A DNA stretch of 32,000 bases from assembly GCA_001800075.1 (NCBI GenBank), contig MGUR01000014.1, forward strand, positions 18,986 to 50,985, read 5' to 3'. The notes below the pieces were generated by a model. The model was not told the origin of the DNA and ran no database searches. It worked only from the letters and a program-made list of their open reading frames with translations. The translations under genes and the position numbers were made by a program. This document shows, piece by piece, positions 16,828 to 25,981 of the stretch (position 1 is its first letter; each line of letters opens with the position of its first letter). The DNA is from Elusimicrobia bacterium RIFCSPLOWO2_01_FULL_59_12 (GTDB taxonomy: Bacteria > Elusimicrobiota > Elusimicrobia > 2-01-FULL-59-12).

Positions 16828-17775
16828 ATGGCCTTGCAAGCGCCGCACCAGCAGATCAGCGTCCAGAGCGACAAGGAAAGTTTCCTCGTCCGGTTGTTCG
16901 ATACCCTGTACGCGCGGTACCGCGAACGGATGGCGTACGTCCGGATGTACGAAGAGCTTGTGATGTCCAACGGCGGGACATTCGTCAACGACCACATCGC
17001 CTTCCGCACGCTGGCGGCCGAAAAACCCGCGCTGGGCATTTTCATGATTTCGCGCATTTTCGAGGCGCTCGGCTACAGCTCGGCCGCCTGCTACGAATTT
17101 CCGGACAAACATTTCAGCTCGATCCACTACCAGCATCCGAACCCGCAGTTTCCCAAGCTGTTCATCACCCAGCTAAAAACCTGGGAACTCTCACAACGGG
17201 CCAGGGCCCTCCTTCAGAAATCCCTGAAAACCCACCTGCCGCACCTGTCCGATGCGAATATCGCCAGTCTGTACAACCTGGACAAGGCGTCGCAGGCGGA
17301 ACGGACCCGATTGCTCCGGCTGATGGTGCGCTATTTTGAGGAATTGCCCTGGGAATTGCCGCAGAAGAAAGACGTCCAGGAGCTGGATCAGGAAAGCCAG
17401 TTCGCGGCCTGGGTCCTGGTCAATGGGTACGACGTCAACCACTTCACGGCGTCAATCAATTCTCACGGCGCGGACGCGCTGGCGGATATCGATAAAACGG
17501 TGGCCGCGATGCGCCGGGCGGGAATTCCGATGAAGCCGGAGATTGAAGGCGAGCCGGGAACCCAGCTGCGCCAGAGCTCCACCGAAGCGGTGGTCATCCC
17601 CGTGCCGGTGCGCGACGGGGTGCGAACCGCGGAAATCCCCTGGACCTACGCGTATTTCGAGATTGCCGAGCGGCCGCTCATGAAAAATCCCATGACCGGC
17701 AAGATGGAGCGTTTCGAAGGATTCCTCGGCGGCCAGGCCGCCAACCTCTTCGAAATGACCAAACTGAAGCACTAG
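16828..17775 (+). CDS. DUF1338-family metalloenzyme (HglS/YdcJ-like 2-oxoadipate dioxygenase/decarboxylase candidate)
   Basis: VNDHIAFRT and VNHFTASIN blocks resemble the metal-binding His motifs of DUF1338 as I recall them. AAGGAG lies 7 nt upstream of ATG 16828, 13 nt after the ALDH stop. Confidence 0.7.
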   Translation: MALQAPHQQISVQSDKESFLVRLFDTLYARYRERMAYVRMYEELVMSNGGTFVNDHIAFRTLAAEKPALGIFMISRIFEALGYSSAACYEFPDKHFSSIHYQHPNPQFPKLFITQLKTWELSQRARALLQKSLKTHLPHLSDANIASLYNLDKASQAERTRLLRLMVRYFEELPWELPQKKDVQELDQESQFAAWVLVNGYDVNHFTASINSHGADALADIDKTVAAMRRAGIPMKPEIEGEPGTQLRQSSTEAVVIPVPVRDGVRTAEIPWTYAYFEIAERPLMKNPMTGKMERFEGFLGGQAANLFEMTKLKH

Positions 17776-17780
17776 ATGAC

Positions 17781-17841
17781 GGAAGATGGAGAAGGGTCCA
17801 GGTTTTCTTAATTAAAAAACCTTGACCATCTTCCACCCTCC
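17781..17841. repeat. family-B imperfect hairpin (GGAAGATGGAGAAGGGTCCAGG / AT-rich loop / CCTTGACCATCTTCCACCCTCC)
   Basis: The 22-nt arms were paired by hand with about 5 mismatches. The GGGTC(A/C)AGG...CCT(T/C)GACCATC core and the position just after a + strand stop codon are the same as at 3866-3949. Confidence 0.5.
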
Positions 17842-17870
17842 GACTAACCACTCCCTAATTTTTAGGCGTC

Positions 17871-17938
17871 AAAAAACCCCGATCCTCGCCGCACTTCGGG
17901 CGAGCCCGCCGGTTGAGTGGCGGGTCTCGGGGTTTTTT
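17871..17938. terminator. bidirectional terminator between convergent DUF1338 gene and cspA
   Basis: AAAAAACCCCGA...TCGGGGTTTTTT outer stem encloses two inner hairpins (CTCGCC-gcacttc-GGCGAG and CCCGCC-ggttgagt-GGCGGG). A U-tract follows the stem on both strands. Confidence 0.6.
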
Positions 17939-17965
17939 GGATGCTTCGTGATGCCGGAAAGCGGA

Positions 17966-18172
17966 TTAAGCTTTACGGACGTTAGCCGCTTTAGGGCCTT
18001 TATCGGACGGCACTACGTCGAACTCTACCGTGTCGTTCTCCGCGAGGCTTTTGAAGCCCTCTCCCTGAATGGCGGAGAAATGCACGAAGACATCCGGTGA
18101 ACCATCTTCCGGCGTGATGAAGCCAAATCCTTTGGCATCATTGAACCACTTTACTTTTCCTTTTGTAGCCAC
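17966..18172 (-). CDS. cspA: cold-shock protein (CspA family)
   Basis: 68 aa. [16 protein letters not shown] (RNP1) and DVFVHFSAI (RNP2). Confidence 0.95.
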   Translation of the reverse strand: MATKGKVKWFNDAKGFGFITPEDGSPDVFVHFSAIQGEGFKSLAENDTVEFDVVPSDKGPKAANVRKA

Positions 18173-18247
18173 TGTTGTGTATACCTCTACTCTTTTGATG
18201 ATCCCCGCTGCATTGGGGGCCCTCCCCGAGGGCAGGGCACGACTAGG

Positions 18248-18275
18248 ATACTACATTCCGGACAATTGCAATCAA
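18248..18275 (-). promoter_or_regulatory. candidate cspA promoter TTGATT-N16-TAGTAT (minus strand)
   Basis: Read on the reverse complement. It would give a 5' UTR of about 70 nt, consistent with the long csp leaders known in other bacteria. Confidence 0.4.
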
Positions 18276-18300
18276 GAAAAAAAGAATAGAATGAACGCTC

Positions 18301-20217
18301 GTGAAACCGACGCCCCCCCCTGACTATTTCGAGAATCTCCTGGATCTCATCGAGATCGAACGCGACGCCGAGCGGGCCGAGAACGAGCGGAAGCTGGATT
18401 TAATGCCCGTCCAGATGCGCGAGACGCTTGGGAAGACGGTCACGCGGCTGGTATTGGCGCGGGAGGATTTTGGCGTGGGGGGGCACCCCCTCTGGATCCT
18501 GTCCCGGCCCTCCCATGGCGAGGAATACTCTCCGTTCCAGGCGCTCAACCAGGGGGATTTGGTGGCTCTTTCCTTTAATGACACCCCGGGAGCCCCCCGG
18601 GTTAAGGGCACGCTTTATGATATAGACGAATTCGAAATCACGGTGGCGCTGGACGGCAGCCCCGAAACGCCGCCCAAAGGCCGCTGTCAGTTGGATGTCC
18701 TGGGCAGCGAGGCGACCTACAAGCGCATGAAAAAAGCGCTGGTCAACGTCCAGAAGGCCGAAAAGAAGAGCGTCGCGCATCTTCGGGACATCTTCATGGG
18801 GAAAAAAGAAGTCAGTTTTGAGGCGCTGGAAGAACCCCTCTCGTACCAGAACAATAAATTAAACAAGTACCAAAAACAGGCTGTCGAGAAAGCATTAGAG
18901 GCCAAGGACGTCGCTCTGGTCCACGGCCCGCCCGGCACGGGGAAAACCACGGTCCTGGTGGAGATCATTCGGCAATCGGTGGTCCGGGGGGCTCGCGTAC
19001 TGGCCTCCGCGCCGAGCAACATCGCCGTCGATAATCTGCTTGAAAAACTTCTCGACACGGGCCTGCGGGTGGTGCGGATGGGGCACCCGGCGCGGATCCT
19101 GGACTCCCTGCGGCATGCGACACTCTCCGCCCAGGTGGCGGAACATTACGATCAGTCGTCGATTCGCGAATTGGACCAGGAGCGGGAACGTCTCTTGAAG
19201 CAGCGGGCGCGGGCGGAAAGCCGGGGACGGGGGTTGGCCTGGGAGGAACGTCACAGCTACCAGACGGCCGTTCAAAAACTCTGGCAGGCGGCGCGCGACC
19301 GGGAGTACGCCCTGGGCCGGGAAATCCTCGCCCAGGCCGATGTCGTCTTAGTGACGCACGGCGGGATCGCCAAACCCATTTTGAAAAAGCCGTTTGATCT
19401 GTTGATCATGGATGAAGCGTCCCAGGCCACCGAGCCCTTGTCCTGGGTTCCCATCACCCAGACCAAAAAAGTGGTTTTTGCCGGCGACCCGCTTCAGCTC
19501 CCGCCGACGATTTATTCGGACGACGCGAAGAAACGCGGGTTGGGGACCACGCTATTCGAGCGGCTTCAGAAAATTTTGCCGGAAAAGGCCCAGACGCTTT
19601 TGCGGATCCAGTACCGGATGCACGAAACGATCATGGGGTTTTCCTCCCAGCAGTTTTATAAAGGGGCTCTCGAGGCGGATGCGTCGGTGCGCGCGCACAC
19701 CGCGTCGGACTTGCCGCATGTCAAAGACGCCCCGCTGCTTAAGGAGCCGCTCGTTTATATCGATACGGCCGGGTCCGGTTATGAAGAGCGCTGGAATGAT
19801 CTGTTGGAGAGTCGGGAGAATGAAGGAGAAGCTCGGCTGGCGCTGCAGTTGAGTGGAGAATTGCGGGAGAACGGACTGCCGGCCAAGTCCATTGGGATTC
19901 TCACACCGTATGTCGCGCAAGTCCGATTGCTCAAATCCTTGAGCAAGGACCGGACCCTCGAAATCGGCAGCATCGATGGTTTTCAGGGACGGGAAAAGGA
20001 GGCGATCCTGCTTTCCTTGGTGCGAAGCAATCCGCAAGGGGAGGTCGGTTTCCTGGAGGATATCCGGCGCATGAACGTGGCGATGACCCGGGCCCGGCGC
20101 CTCCTGATCGTGATCGGCGATTCCGCGACCCTCTCCCGCCACCCGTTTTATCTCCAGTTCATTGAGTACGCCGAAAAACACAAAGCCCACCGCAGCGCCT
20201 GGGAGTGGATTTCTTGA
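18301..20217 (+). CDS. superfamily-1 helicase, Upf1/IGHMBP2/Dna2-like (AAA_11/AAA_12)
   Basis: Motif I GPPGTGKTT, motif II DEASQ, plus GDPLQLPP, YRMH and the C-terminal block VDGFQGREKEAI...NVAMTRARR. GTG start. TTGCAA-N15-TAGAAT ends 8 nt upstream. Confidence 0.85.
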   Translation: MKPTPPPDYFENLLDLIEIERDAERAENERKLDLMPVQMRETLGKTVTRLVLAREDFGVGGHPLWILSRPSHGEEYSPFQALNQGDLVALSFNDTPGAPRVKGTLYDIDEFEITVALDGSPETPPKGRCQLDVLGSEATYKRMKKALVNVQKAEKKSVAHLRDIFMGKKEVSFEALEEPLSYQNNKLNKYQKQAVEKALEAKDVALVHGPPGTGKTTVLVEIIRQSVVRGARVLASAPSNIAVDNLLEKLLDTGLRVVRMGHPARILDSLRHATLSAQVAEHYDQSSIRELDQERERLLKQRARAESRGRGLAWEERHSYQTAVQKLWQAARDREYALGREILAQADVVLVTHGGIAKPILKKPFDLLIMDEASQATEPLSWVPITQTKKVVFAGDPLQLPPTIYSDDAKKRGLGTTLFERLQKILPEKAQTLLRIQYRMHETIMGFSSQQFYKGALEADASVRAHTASDLPHVKDAPLLKEPLVYIDTAGSGYEERWNDLLESRENEGEARLALQLSGELRENGLPAKSIGILTPYVAQVRLLKSLSKDRTLEIGSIDGFQGREKEAILLSLVRSNPQGEVGFLEDIRRMNVAMTRARRLLIVIGDSATLSRHPFYLQFIEYAEKHKAHRSAWEWIS

Positions 20218-20242
20218 CCGTAAGATGGATTTCTTGTAGACT
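20214..20242 (+). promoter_or_regulatory. candidate promoter TTGACC-N17-TAGACT for the Rieske/cytochrome b operon
   Basis: Hexamers and spacer counted directly. The -35 element overlaps the helicase stop codon. An 11-nt direct repeat TGGATTTCTTG (20206 and 20226) spans it. Confidence 0.35.
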
Positions 20243-20299
20243 CACGCCAGGTTTTGTTTTTATCCCTAATTCCTTGCTTAGACGATAACCTGTAGCCCG

Positions 20300-20866
20300 A
20301 TGGCAGACACACCCATACCGCCCGCACAGCCTGCGACTCCCTCTCCGGCCCCAAGCGCCGCGCCCGTCACGGCTCCGCCCGCCGGGGTCTCTCAAGACAT
20401 GTCTCGCCGTTCATTCCTGAAATTGGGCTGGGCGGCCTTTCTAGGTTTTCTGGCGTCCAGCGCGGGCGCCACGTTAAAATTCATCTTCCCGAACGTCCTC
20501 TACGAGCCGCCGGAAACGTTTAAAGCAGGCCGGCCGGAAGACTACGCCATCGGCGTGAGCCTTCGCTGGGCCAAGGAGCAGCGCGTCTGGATGGTTCGCG
20601 ACGAGCACGGCATCTATGCGATGTGGGCGCGGTGCACGCACTTGGGCTGCACCCCGAACTGGTTTCAGGCTGAAAACCGCTTCCGGTGCCCCTGTCACGG
20701 GTCTAATTTCTCCACGGTGGGTGATGTGATCGCCGGCCCCGCGCCGAGGCCGCTGTACCGCTGCGGGATCCAGCGGCTTCCTTCCGGCGAGCTCCTGGTG
20801 GACAAAAGTATTCTGGAAGGACGGCCCGGGCTCCGTGAGAAACCGCAATTTTTCGTCGCCGTCTGA
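20300..20866 (+). CDS. Rieske [2Fe-2S] subunit of a cytochrome bc/b6f-type complex
   Basis: Tat-like SRRSFLKLG plus a TM segment. Cluster-binding boxes CTHLGC and CPCHGS. There is a Pro/Ala-rich N-terminal extension; the alternative start ATG 20399 would begin directly at MSRRSFL. Confidence 0.88.
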   Translation: MADTPIPPAQPATPSPAPSAAPVTAPPAGVSQDMSRRSFLKLGWAAFLGFLASSAGATLKFIFPNVLYEPPETFKAGRPEDYAIGVSLRWAKEQRVWMVRDEHGIYAMWARCTHLGCTPNWFQAENRFRCPCHGSNFSTVGDVIAGPAPRPLYRCGIQRLPSGELLVDKSILEGRPGLREKPQFFVAV

Positions 20867-22512
20867 TGAAACTCCCCCTGCCTCCCCTCCCCAGCGCGGA
20901 AGAACTCAGAAAGAAAATCATCGATTCGCAGATCTGGCGTTCCATGTTTCGCGGCGGCCTTTGGAAGGACACGCCGCGCGACCGCGCCCAGCACATCCTC
21001 GGCAACGTCTGGCTTCACCTGCACCCGTCCCGCGTCCGCAAGCACGGGCTCAAGTGGACGTATACGTTCGGGTTGGGGGGCCTTTCCTTCTTTCTCTTCC
21101 TGGTCCTGACGGTCACCGGCGTGCTCCTGATGTTCTACTACCGCCCCACCGTGGAACTGGCTTACCGCGACATGAAGGATCTGGAATACGCCGTCAGCAT
21201 GGGCAGTTTCCTCCGCGCCATGCACCGATGGTCCGCGCACGCCATGGTGCTGATCGTGATCCTGCACATGGCCCGGGTGTTCATGACCGGCTCCTACAAA
21301 AGCCCGCGCGAATTCAACTGGTCGGTCGGCGTGGTGCTTCTGACCCTGACGCTCCTGCTCTCCTTCACCGGCTATCTGCTGCCCTGGGACCAGCTGGCGC
21401 TTTGGGCGGTCACGGTCGGGACCAACATGGGGGCCGCCACGCCGCTTCTGGGGGCCGAAGGGCCCTTCGCGATCCTGGGTCGGGGAAACGACGTCCGTTT
21501 TGTGCTGCTCGGCGGCAAGGCCGTGGGCGCCAATACGCTCCTGCGTTTTTATGTGCTGCATTGTGTGGCCCTGCCCCTGATCGCGGGCGCGCTGATGATC
21601 GTGCATTTCTGGCGCATCCGCAAAGACACCTTCTCCGGCCCGGTCATCAAACCCGAGCAGCTTCCGCATGATAAGGTCGACACCTGGCCGCATCTGATCG
21701 TCCGCGAATACATCGCGGCGCTTTTGTGCATGGTCGTCCTGTCCGCCTGGTCGCTCTGGATCAAAGCGCCGCTGGAGGAAATCGCCAACCCCACGGTGAC
21801 CCCGAACCCCTCCAAGGCCCCGTGGTACTTCACGGGTCTCCAAGAATTGCTGGTCTATTTCGATCCCTGGATCGCCGGGGTTGTTCTCCCGACCCTGATC
21901 ATCATCGGGCTGATGGCCATCCCTTATCTGGACCCGGACAAAAACCGGGGCGTGGGCTCCTACGCCTTCAAGGAACGGCCTTTCGCGCAGACATTTTTCG
22001 GGCTCGGCATGGCGATGTGGTTCATCCTGATCGCCATCGGATCCTTCCTGCGCGGCCCCAACTGGGACATCTACTGGCCGTGGGAAAGCTGGTCGGTCCA
22101 CAAACCGCCGCCGCCCGCGACCTGGAGTCCTCCTTTGGTGTGGGGGGCCCTGTGCGTCGGCGCCTATTTCGCGCTGGGCATGATACTCCCGCGGCTGGGT
22201 AAACCTGATTTTGATTGGAAGAAAGCGCTTCGCAACGGCGCCGCGGCGGTCGTCGGGGCCTCCACCGTTCTCAAACTGGCCGCGGACCTTCGCTGGGCTC
22301 AGGCGGGCTGGCTGATATTCTTCGGTTACCTGTATTACGTGCTCGGGATCCTGGTGCCGCGGAAGCACCTGGCCAATCTCGACAAGGTCCGGTATGCGGT
22401 CACGATGATGCTGGTCCTGCTCACGCTCGGCGTCCTGATGAAAATGGGCGTGCGGCTCGGGTTCGCCATCAAATATGTCCTGACCATTCCCCAGTTCAGC
22501 TTGAACATCTGA
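20866..22512 (+). CDS. cytochrome b (fused b6-like + subunit IV-like + extra C-terminal helices)
   Basis: His-containing helices ([17 protein letters not shown], ...[11 protein letters not shown]), [10 protein letters not shown] and the Qo-site region KAPWYF. It is 548 aa, longer than classical cytochrome b. The start overlaps the Rieske stop (TGATG). Confidence 0.9.
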   Translation: MKLPLPPLPSAEELRKKIIDSQIWRSMFRGGLWKDTPRDRAQHILGNVWLHLHPSRVRKHGLKWTYTFGLGGLSFFLFLVLTVTGVLLMFYYRPTVELAYRDMKDLEYAVSMGSFLRAMHRWSAHAMVLIVILHMARVFMTGSYKSPREFNWSVGVVLLTLTLLLSFTGYLLPWDQLALWAVTVGTNMGAATPLLGAEGPFAILGRGNDVRFVLLGGKAVGANTLLRFYVLHCVALPLIAGALMIVHFWRIRKDTFSGPVIKPEQLPHDKVDTWPHLIVREYIAALLCMVVLSAWSLWIKAPLEEIANPTVTPNPSKAPWYFTGLQELLVYFDPWIAGVVLPTLIIIGLMAIPYLDPDKNRGVGSYAFKERPFAQTFFGLGMAMWFILIAIGSFLRGPNWDIYWPWESWSVHKPPPPATWSPPLVWGALCVGAYFALGMILPRLGKPDFDWKKALRNGAAAVVGASTVLKLAADLRWAQAGWLIFFGYLYYVLGILVPRKHLANLDKVRYAVTMMLVLLTLGVLMKMGVRLGFAIKYVLTIPQFSLNI

Positions 22513-22524
22513 TGCGCTACCTTC

Positions 22525-22592
22525 GTCATTCCCGCGCAAGCGGGAATCCAGTGTCGTCAAAGCCTCTGGACCCCCGCTTTCGCGGGGGTGAC
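22525..22592 (+). repeat. family-A palindromic element, three-hairpin form (intercistronic)
   Basis: GTCATTCCCGCgcaaGCGGGAATCCAGTGtcgtcaaagcctCTGGACCCCCGCtttcGCGGGGGTGAC. It lies between the cytochrome b stop and the multihaem cytochrome start. Confidence 0.8.
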
Positions 22593-22604
22593 GGTTTATG
22601 ATCT

Positions 22605-23900
22605 ATGTATAGGAAACTTTTCTTCTGGGGCAACGTGGTCCTGTTCGTCCTTTTGATCCTGGCGATCGCCAAGGACACGTTCCGTCCCTGGATGCCCTAT
22701 CAGCGCGCCTACCGCCGGATGCAGGCGGCGGCCGAAGCCGCACCGGAAGCGCGCCGGATCATTCTCGGCCGCCCGATCCAAATCAAACAGACGATTCTGA
22801 CGGATCTGGGGGAGGTCGACCGCTGCATCACCTGCCACCAGGGGATGGATCCGATCGCCACGCCGACCCTGGCCAACGCCTTCACGGACAACCCGCACAA
22901 GGCGCACCCGAGCGATTTTCTGAAGAACCATCCCCCCGAGACATTCGGCTGCGTGACCTGTCACCGCGGGCAAGGCCTGTCCACCACCTTTATCGACGCG
23001 GGCCACACGCCCCGCGACGAGGCTCAAAAAGCGGCGTGGAAGAAAAAACATGGTTGGGAGCCCGCGGACCACTGGGAGTACCCGATGCTGACGGGTCCCT
23101 ATCTCCAGGCGTCGTGCGTCAAGTGCCACGGGGACTTCGAAAGCCTTCACGGTTTGGAGGCGGCGGTTCGGGGCAAGCGCTTATTGCGGGCGCACGGCTG
23201 CATGGGTTGTCACCAATGGCGGGGGGAGGGCGGTCCGGTCAGCGTGGATCTGGCGGAGGAGACGGCGAACAAGCCGCTCTCCCGCATCGATTTTTCCAAC
23301 ACGGGGCTGGACCCGGAGGATCGGACGCTGTTGAACTGGATCCGCCTGCATTTTGTGAAGGACCCCTGGGCCCTGGTGCCGGGCGATCCGGCGGCCAAGT
23401 ATAACGCCGAGCCAATCGCTCCCTCCGGCATGCCGGATTTCCGCGATGAACTCTCCGAAGAGGACGCCGCAGCGCTGACGACGTATATCCTTTCGGGCCA
23501 GTCCGCCAACATTCCGCACACCTATCATGTCAGCGGTCCGAAAGAGCCGACGTTCCAAAGCCTGAGATTCGGTTCCCGCGCGCAGGCCGGCAAATGGGTG
23601 TATGACCAATACGGCTGCGCCGGGTGCCACGGATTGAACGGGAAAGGCGGCCGCCGGAACTTCAATTACACTGGAGGGCTTGAACCCGCTTTGGTCAAGT
23701 CCGTAGCGACCTTCACGCGGGAGGAATTGCGCGAGAAGATCGAAGACGGCGTCATGGTGGTGACCAAAGAGGATCCCCAGGGGCCTACGCCGCCGTTGTA
23801 CATGCCCCCGTGGAAAGATAAAATCAAAGGCGAAGAGATGGAAGCGCTTCTGGACTATTTATTCAGCATCGGTGAGAAACAAGAGGAATGGGGAGGATAA
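22605..23900 (+). CDS. membrane-anchored pentahaem c-type cytochrome
   Basis: N-terminal TM segment (LFFWGNVVLFVLLILAIA). Five CxxCH motifs: CITCH, CVTCH, CVKCH, CMGCH, CAGCH. The last sits in a class-I-like monohaem domain. Confidence 0.85.
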   Translation: MYRKLFFWGNVVLFVLLILAIAKDTFRPWMPYQRAYRRMQAAAEAAPEARRIILGRPIQIKQTILTDLGEVDRCITCHQGMDPIATPTLANAFTDNPHKAHPSDFLKNHPPETFGCVTCHRGQGLSTTFIDAGHTPRDEAQKAAWKKKHGWEPADHWEYPMLTGPYLQASCVKCHGDFESLHGLEAAVRGKRLLRAHGCMGCHQWRGEGGPVSVDLAEETANKPLSRIDFSNTGLDPEDRTLLNWIRLHFVKDPWALVPGDPAAKYNAEPIAPSGMPDFRDELSEEDAAALTTYILSGQSANIPHTYHVSGPKEPTFQSLRFGSRAQAGKWVYDQYGCAGCHGLNGKGGRRNFNYTGGLEPALVKSVATFTREELREKIEDGVMVVTKEDPQGPTPPLYMPPWKDKIKGEEMEALLDYLFSIGEKQEEWGG

Positions 23901-23904
23901 TTCA

Positions 23905-24516
23905 ATGAGACGTTTTATGCGCGGGTCATGGGTTTTGGGATGGATCGGGGCTCTGGCGTGCCTCTCGGGCGGCGTATCGCGCCTTTCGGCGGAAGACACC
24001 GCCGCGGCCCCGAGTGCCTCGTATGAAGCGGAGAAGGCCAAAGCGCTGGCCAACCCGTACCCCAACGATTTTGGACCGACCCTCATCGACGCGTCGAAAT
24101 ACCCGGCCGAAATCCAGGCCACGTACAAAACCCTTCTGACCGTCAAATGCGCGCGGTGCCACCAAGCCTCCCGGCCGTTGAACTCCCAGTTCCTCGAACC
24201 CTACGGGACCAAGGCCGAGAAGGCCGCCAAGCTGGTCGAGTGGAAGCAGAAAAATCCCGAGATCTTCAAAGACAGGGCTGTCTGGCAGCCGGAAGCGAAT
24301 ATTTGGGAGCGCTACGTGAAGCGCATGATGGCCAAGCCGGGGTGCAACATCCAGCCCGCGGAGGGCAGGAAAATCTGGCAGTTCCTGACCTACGATTCCG
24401 AGCAGCGGAAAACCGGCGCCAACGCGGCCGGCTGGGAAAAGCAGCGCCGCCAGCTCCTCGCGGATTTCAAAGCCAAGCACCCGGCCCGTTACAACGAGCT
24501 GTTCGAAACGCGCTGA
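23905..24516 (+). CDS. secreted protein with a single CxxCH haem-binding motif
   Basis: GGAGGA lies 6 nt before ATG 23905. Signal peptide MRRFMRGSWVLGWIGALACLSGG..., one CARCH motif. The ORF-track start at 23872 overlaps the upstream gene. Confidence 0.65.
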   Translation: MRRFMRGSWVLGWIGALACLSGGVSRLSAEDTAAAPSASYEAEKAKALANPYPNDFGPTLIDASKYPAEIQATYKTLLTVKCARCHQASRPLNSQFLEPYGTKAEKAAKLVEWKQKNPEIFKDRAVWQPEANIWERYVKRMMAKPGCNIQPAEGRKIWQFLTYDSEQRKTGANAAGWEKQRRQLLADFKAKHPARYNELFETR

Positions 24517-24588
24517 CGTTCAACCCCCTCCCCCGGTTGTTTTAGGTAGTGAATTTCGTCGAGATACCTGCTATAACAGGACCCACAG

Positions 24589-25884
24589 ATGGCTGATGAA
24601 AAGTTTGACAGCATTGTCGTAGGCGCCGGCCCGGCGGGCGTGTCCGCAGCCCTCACCATGGCCCAGGCGGGCCTGAACGTGGCGCTTCTGGAACGCGGCG
24701 AATACGCCGGGGCCAAAAACGTCCAGGGCGCGGTGCTTTATTCCAAAATGCTGGAGGATGTCGTTCCGGAGTTCTGGAAGGACGCGCCGCTGGAACGCGC
24801 GATCGTGGAAGAACGGCTCTGGGTGTTGACGGAGGATTCCGGCATCCAGGTCGGCTACAAATCCGCCAAGTACAACAGCGTCCCCGCCAACTGCTACACC
24901 ATCATCCGCGTCGAGTTCGACAAATGGTTCGCCAAGAAGGCGGAAGCGGCCGGCGTGACGCTGATCACCGGCGTGACGGTCGACGACGTGCTGAAGAAGG
25001 ACGGCGATATCATCGGCGTGAAAACCACGGAGGGCGACCGGCTGTTGGCCGATGTGGTCATCGCCTGCGATGGGGCCAATTCCATCATTTCCCAGAAGGC
25101 GGGCCTGCACCGGGAGTGGAAGCCGGAAGAAGTCGCCCTGGGCGTCAAAGAGGTGCTTTTTCTTCCTCGGGAAAAAATCGAAGACCGTTTTAATCTGGAA
25201 GGCGATCAGGGGAGCACCACCGAAATGCTGGGGGATATCACCCAGGGGATGCTGGGGTATGCGTTTCTCTACACCAACAAGGAGTCGCTGGCGCTCGGCG
25301 TGGGTTGCGCCGTCGATGATTTTCAGCGCACCCGTATCAAGCCTTACGAGTTGCTGGAAGAGATCAAACGCCATCCGATGATCCGGCGGCTGATCGCCGG
25401 GTCCAAGACCCTGGAATATTCAGCCCACTTGATCCCCGAAGGGGGCTACAACTCCATGCCGCCGCTTTATACGGGCGGGATGCTCTTGGCCGGGGACGCG
25501 GCCCAGATGATCAATCCGACGCATCGCGAAGGGTCCAATTTGGCGATGGCATCCGGCAAGCTGGCGGCCGAAACCGTGATCGAAGCGAAAAAGCGCAACA
25601 ACTACTCCGCCCGATCCCTGGGGCTCTATCGCAAGAAGCTGGAAGAGTCATTCGTTTTGAAGGACATGGACGATCACAAGGATATCGAGGAAAAAGTCCG
25701 CCAGAACCGGGATATCATGACAATCTACCCCAAGCTGGCGTGCGAGTCCGCGCATGAATATTTCATTGTGGACGGGCTTCCGAAACGCGACCATCAACGG
25801 CGCATCATCCGGCGCATCCGCCGGCAGCGCGGCATTTTCCAGATGATCAAAGACTTCATGAGTTTAAGGCACGCGATCGGGTAG
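24589..25884 (+). CDS. fixC: electron-transfer-flavoprotein:quinone oxidoreductase FixC
   Basis: FDSIVVGAGPAGVSAALTMAQAG FAD fingerprint. It is colinear with FixC as I recall it (ERGEY.G.KNVQGA.LY...). It is followed by fixX. Confidence 0.88.
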   Translation: MADEKFDSIVVGAGPAGVSAALTMAQAGLNVALLERGEYAGAKNVQGAVLYSKMLEDVVPEFWKDAPLERAIVEERLWVLTEDSGIQVGYKSAKYNSVPANCYTIIRVEFDKWFAKKAEAAGVTLITGVTVDDVLKKDGDIIGVKTTEGDRLLADVVIACDGANSIISQKAGLHREWKPEEVALGVKEVLFLPREKIEDRFNLEGDQGSTTEMLGDITQGMLGYAFLYTNKESLALGVGCAVDDFQRTRIKPYELLEEIKRHPMIRRLIAGSKTLEYSAHLIPEGGYNSMPPLYTGGMLLAGDAAQMINPTHREGSNLAMASGKLAAETVIEAKKRNNYSARSLGLYRKKLEESFVLKDMDDHKDIEEKVRQNRDIMTIYPKLACESAHEYFIVDGLPKRDHQRRIIRRIRRQRGIFQMIKDFMSLRHAIG

Positions 25885-25892
25885 TCTTATTC

Positions 25893-25966
25893 GTCATTCC
25901 CGCGAAAGCGGGAATCCAGCGTCTTTAAACGCCGCTGGATCCCCGCTAACTACATGCGGGGATGAC
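25893..25966 (+). repeat. family-A palindromic element, three-hairpin form (intercistronic, fixC-fixX)
   Basis: GTCATTCCCGCgaaaGCGGGAATCCAGCGtctttaaacgcCGCTGGATCCCCGCtaactacatGCGGGGATGAC. Confidence 0.8.
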
Positions 25967-25981
25967 AGCTTGTGAGGAACT

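Noticed and set aside
15180-17057. 625-aa ORF on the minus strand
   Set aside because: It is entirely antisense to the well-supported aldehyde dehydrogenase and DUF1338 genes. Its Arg/Gly/Pro/Ala-rich, low-complexity translation carries no recognisable motif. This is a typical shadow ORF of GC-rich DNA.
20695-22560. 621-aa ORF on the minus strand
   Set aside because: It is antisense to cytochrome b. Its N-terminus (MTTLDSRLRGNDEGS) is simply the family-A repeat read in frame, and the composition is Arg/Asp/Gly/Pro-biased with no motifs.
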